From contig CAWIIV010000019.1 in the NCBI GenBank assembly GCA_963836205.1, positions 1-64,000 of the forward strand: a DNA stretch of 64,000 nt. The letters run 5' to 3'. Origin of the DNA: an uncultured Acidimicrobiia bacterium. Lineage in GTDB: Bacteria > Actinomycetota > Acidimicrobiia > Acidimicrobiales > AC-14. Below the pieces are notes generated by a model that was given only the letters and a program-made list of their open reading frames with translations, made no database searches and had not been told where the DNA came from. Of this stretch, positions 59,247 to 64,000 are shown in pieces (position 1 is the first letter of the stretch; each line of letters starts with the position of its first letter). The position numbers were made by a program, and so were the translations under genes.

Positions 59247-59733
59247 TCAGTCGACGATGTCGACGGACGTGTCGACGCCTTCACGGGCGCCGGCGGCCCG
59301 CACGACGGTGCGGATGGCCTGGGCCACCCGGCCCCGGCGGCCGATCACCCGTCCCATGTCGGACGGCGACACGTGCAGGCGGAGCGTCACCGACCGGCGA
59401 CCCTCCTCCACCTCGATGTCGACCGCGTCCTCCTCGTCGACGATCGAGCGGGCCAGGTAGTCGAGCACACCGGCGGACAGCCCTCCGACCACCCGGTTGC
59501 CGTCGACCTCGTCCTCCTGGTCGTCGTCGTCATCGTCGAGGTCGTCATCGTCGAGGTCGTCATCGTCGAGCTCGTCGTCGTCCTCGTCGTCCAACTCGTC
59601 CTCGACGACCGGCCCGTCGTCGATGACCGCCCCCTTCGACCGCCCCGCCTTCATCCTGGTCGTCGAGGTCGGGCCCGTCGTCAACGACGTCGTCCTCCTC
59701 GTCGAGGTCGGCGTCGGCGTGGACGTCGCTCAC
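59247..59733 (-). CDS. khpA: KH-domain RNA-binding protein with long acidic N-terminal extension (apparent frameshift near 59635)
   Basis: [19 protein letters not shown]; position between rpsP and rimM. Confidence 0.85.
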
Positions 59734-59993
59734 GTGGTGCCCTTGTACTCGCCCCAGGCGCCGGAGATCTCCAGGAGCTTGCGGGCGGGGTCGGACGGCT
59801 GGGCGCCCTGACGGAGCCAGCCCACGGCCTTCTCGTTGTCGATCCTGACCACCGACGGCTCGGCCCGGGGGTCGTAGAAGCCGACGATCTCGATGAACCG
59901 CCCGTCGCGGGGCGACCGGGCGTCGGCCGCCACCAGGCGGTACGTCGGCTGCTTCTTCTTGCCCATCCGCATGAGGCGGAGTTTCACTGCCAC
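59730..59993 (-). CDS. rpsP: 30S ribosomal protein S16
   Basis: [29 protein letters not shown]. Confidence 0.96.
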   Translation of the reverse strand: MAVKLRLMRMGKKKQPTYRLVAADARSPRDGRFIEIVGFYDPRAEPSVVRIDNEKAVGWLRQGAQPSDPARKLLEISGAWGEYKGTT

Positions 59994-60003
59994 GCTTGCT
60001 CTC

Positions 60004-61329
<1,326 letters not shown>

Positions 61330-61391
61330 GCCCGGACCAGGGTACTTGGTCGAACGGGTCCACCCTCCGACCCCCGGGCCGACCGTCGGAG

Positions 61392-61796
61392 TCAGCTACG
61401 GAGACTGCTGGCGACTTCCGGCCGGGCCTCCTCGGGCCGTCGTGCCGGGCGATTCTGGAGCCCCAGCGCCAACGCCGCGCAGGCGATGGCGACGTTGCGG
61501 AAGAGCACCTCGAAGGCGTCGACGTTGGCCGCCATGATGCCGACGAGGGTGGCCGCGGCCAGCAGTGACGCGGCGTAGGTGAGGCGGGGCGTCAGGAGTG
61601 ACAGCGCCAGGAGGAGCTCGAAGACGGCGAACGCCGGGAGCAGGCCCGCCGCCCAGTCCTCCGGAAGGAACGACGGGGAGTACCGGGCGAACGTCGTCGG
61701 GTGCTGGAAGGACGCGGTGGCCGCGTAGAGGAAGACGAACGACAGTCCCGCCCGCAGCAGCCATACCGGAAGCTGGTCGGAGGTGGTCGGTCGCAC
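61392..61796 (-). CDS. DoxX-like membrane protein
   Basis: LLRAGL.FVFLYA...FELLL...FRNVAIA. Confidence 0.65.
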   Translation of the reverse strand: MRPTTSDQLPVWLLRAGLSFVFLYAATASFQHPTTFARYSPSFLPEDWAAGLLPAFAVFELLLALSLLTPRLTYAASLLAAATLVGIMAANVDAFEVLFRNVAIACAALALGLQNRPARRPEEARPEVASSLRS

Positions 61797-61903
61797 CGGT
61801 GGCGGGCCGATCCCGCCTCGCGCAGCCCAGCCCCGCCGGCGTCGCCCATCTCGCTCCATGCCCTTTGGGGTACGGGTGAACCGCTCCCGCGGATTGGCCC
61901 GCC

Positions 61904-63105
61904 TCAGGAGAACAGGGCGTCGACGAACTCGTCGGGGTCGAAGGCGACGAGGTCGGCGGCGGTCTCGCCCAGGCCGACCAGCTTGATGGGGATGCCCAGG
62001 TCGCGTTGGATGGCGAGGACGATGCCGCCCTTGGCCGTGCCGTCGAGCTTGGTGAGGACGACGCCGGTGACGTCGACCGCCTCCAGGAACTGCTTGGCCT
62101 GCACCAGCCCGTTCTGGCCGGTGGTGGCGTCGATGACGAGGAGGACCTCGGTGACCTTGCCCGGCGGCTTGTCGGCCACCCGGCGCACCTTGCGCAGCTC
62201 CTCCATGAGGTTGACCTTGGTGTGCAGGCGGCCGGCGGTGTCGGCCAGCACCAGGTCGACGTTGCGGGCCGCGGCCCGCTCGACCGCATCGAAGACGACC
62301 GCGCCGGGGTCGCCGCCCTCGTTGCCCCGCACCAGCGTCGCCCCCGCCCGCTTCGACCACAGCTCCAGCTGCTCGGCGGCCGCCGCCCGGAACGTGTCGC
62401 CCGCGGCCATGATCACCGTCCGCCCTTCCGACACCTGCTGGTGGCCGACCTTGCCGATGGTGGTGGTCTTGCCCACGCCGTTCACGCCCACGAACAGCCA
62501 CACGTTGGGCGGGCCCGGCTCGTAGCGCAGGGACCGGTCGGCCATGGTGAGCTGCTTCTTGAGGTCGTCCTTGAGCGCCTCCACCAGCCCGTCGGCGGTG
62601 GTGATGCCCTCCGCCTTGACCCGGGTGCGCAGTTGGTCGAGGAGGGCGGTGGTGGAGCCGACACCCACGTCGGCCCGCAGCAGGGCCTCCTCCAGCTCGT
62701 CGAACGTCTCGTCGTCGATCTTGTCCCGGGTGCGCATGGCGCCCAGGTAGCCGCTGAACAGGCCCCGGGCCTTGCCCAGCCGGTCGCGGAACCGGGGCTT
62801 GGCCGGTGGCTCGGGCTCGACCGGCTCGGGCGCCGGGGCCGGCTCCCCGGGAACCGCCTCGGGCTCGGGCTCGGGCTGGGCTGGGCGGCGGCCAGCACCG
62901 CCTCCGCCTCCGCCACCAGCTCGGCCGCCTGGCGGTCGAGCTCCACCTCGGACGGGATCTTCCGCCGCTTCCTGGGCGGGGCCTCGGGAAGGGCCGACGC
63001 CGGGGGCGGATCGAGGTCGGTTCCCCGGCGGGGGCGGGCGGCGAGAACGGCGGCGACGATGCCGGTGACCACCAGCAGCGCCAGGACCAGGAGGACAAGT
63101 TCCAT
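61904..63105 (-). CDS. ftsY: SRP receptor (apparent frameshift near 62880)
   Basis: GVNGVGKTTTIGK, DTFRAAA, DTAGRL, TKLDGTAKGG; N-terminal TM in another frame. Confidence 0.93.
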
Positions 63106-63163
63106 TTGCCCTCAATGTAGGTGACCCCTGTCACCCTCCCCTCAGGCGGCCCGCCTTCCGGCG

Positions 63164-64000
63164 CTAGGCCGGGGTGCGCACCTTCTCCGACACGACCTTG
63201 GACGAGCCGCCCGGCTGCAGGGTGACGCCGTAGAGAGAGTCGGCCGCCTCCATGGTGCGCTTCTGGTGGGTGACCACCACCAGCTGGGCCTCGTCGCGGA
63301 ACTGGTGGAGGAGGTCGATGAAGCGGTGGAGGTTGACGTCGTCGAGGGCGGCCTCGACCTCGTCGAGGAGGTAGAAGGGCGACGGCCGGCTGCGGAAGAC
63401 GGCGAACAGGAAGGCGATGGCGCACAGGGCCCGCTCCCCGCCCGAGAGCAGGGACAGCTTGCGCACGTTCTTGCCCGCGGGCCGGCAGTCGAGCTCGATG
63501 CCGGCGTCGAGGACGTGGTCGGGGTTGGTGATGTGCAACCGCCCCCGCCCGCCCGGGAAGAGGGTCTCGAACAGGTCTGCGAAGTGCTCGGTGACGTCGG
63601 CCAGGGCCGCGGTGAGCAGCTCCGCCATCTCCGCCTCCACCGCCCGGATGATCTTGACCAGCTCCCGGCGGGAGCCCTTGATGTCGTCGAGCTGGGTCGG
63701 TGAGGAAGTCGTGGCGCTCCTGCAGCGCCTCCAGCTCCTGGAGGGCGAGGGGGTTGACGGGGCCCATGAGGCGCAGCTCCCGTTCGAGGTCTCGGGCCCG
63801 GGCGGCGGCGTTGGTGCCCGGCGCCAGCGTCGGGCAGGAGGCGACCATGGCGTCCGACGGCTCGCAGTCGAGCTCCCGGCGCACCGCCTCCTCCGCCGTC
63901 TCCAGTCGCAGGCGGGCCTCGGCCGTCTCCAGCTCCACCCGTCCGGAGCGTTCCCGCAGCTCGCCCAGGCGCCGCTCGGACGCGTGGCGGCGGCTGCGGA
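63164..64000 (-). CDS. smc: SMC chromosome segregation protein, C-terminal part (apparent frameshift near 63695)
   Basis: MGPVNPLA, LSLLSGGE, LDEVEAALDD, THQKRTME. Confidence 0.93.
   Translation of the reverse strand, partial: SAAAATRPSGAWASCGNAPDGWSWRRPRPACDWRRRRRRCAGSSTASRRTPWSPPARRWRRAPTPPPGPETSNGSCASWAPSTPSPSRSWRRCRSATTSSPTQLDDIKGSRRELVKIIRAVEAEMAELLTAALADVTEHFADLFETLFPGGRGRLHITNPDHVLDAGIELDCRPAGKNVRKLSLLSGGERALCAIAFLFAVFRSRPSPFYLLDEVEAALDDVNLHRFIDLLHQFRDEAQLVVVTHQKRTMEAADSLYGVTLQPGGSSKVVSEKVRTPA

Noticed and set aside
61330-61900. SRP RNA or tRNA near ffh/ftsY
   Set aside because: No SRP or cloverleaf motif seen; the space holds a DoxX-like ORF

Overview
High-GC actinobacterial chromosomal DNA. 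Gene content suggests an Acidimicrobiia-like organism (inference). Many single-base frameshifts fall even in core genes (ftsY, smc, khpA), so most are probably long-read indel errors. From left to right the window holds: three tandem toxin-antitoxin pairs; accessory metabolic, secreted and transport genes; a MarR / AlkZ-like / DrrAB-type divergon; a complete IS256 with a 9-bp target duplication; two tandem secreted HExxH-metallopeptidase-RCC1 paralogs; an htrA-PhoP-like two-component operon; a nitrate assimilation locus (narK ... nirB-nirD-[DmsB/DmsC fusion]-nasA, nnaR) with GlnR-like and NnaR-like sites; and the smc-ftsY-ffh-rpsP-khpA-rimM core block, which breaks exactly where trmD is expected. 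The best novelty candidates are (1) an assimilatory nitrate reductase operon with a membrane-anchored FeS/DmsC partner, suggesting quinol-fed nitrate assimilation, (2) a small secreted prepro-protein ending in a disulfide-bridged amphipathic beta-hairpin under 11-bp-phased operator repeats, and (3) the peptidase-RCC1 pair. No CRISPR array, tRNA or rRNA was seen. All calls come from reading the sequence; no searches were run.
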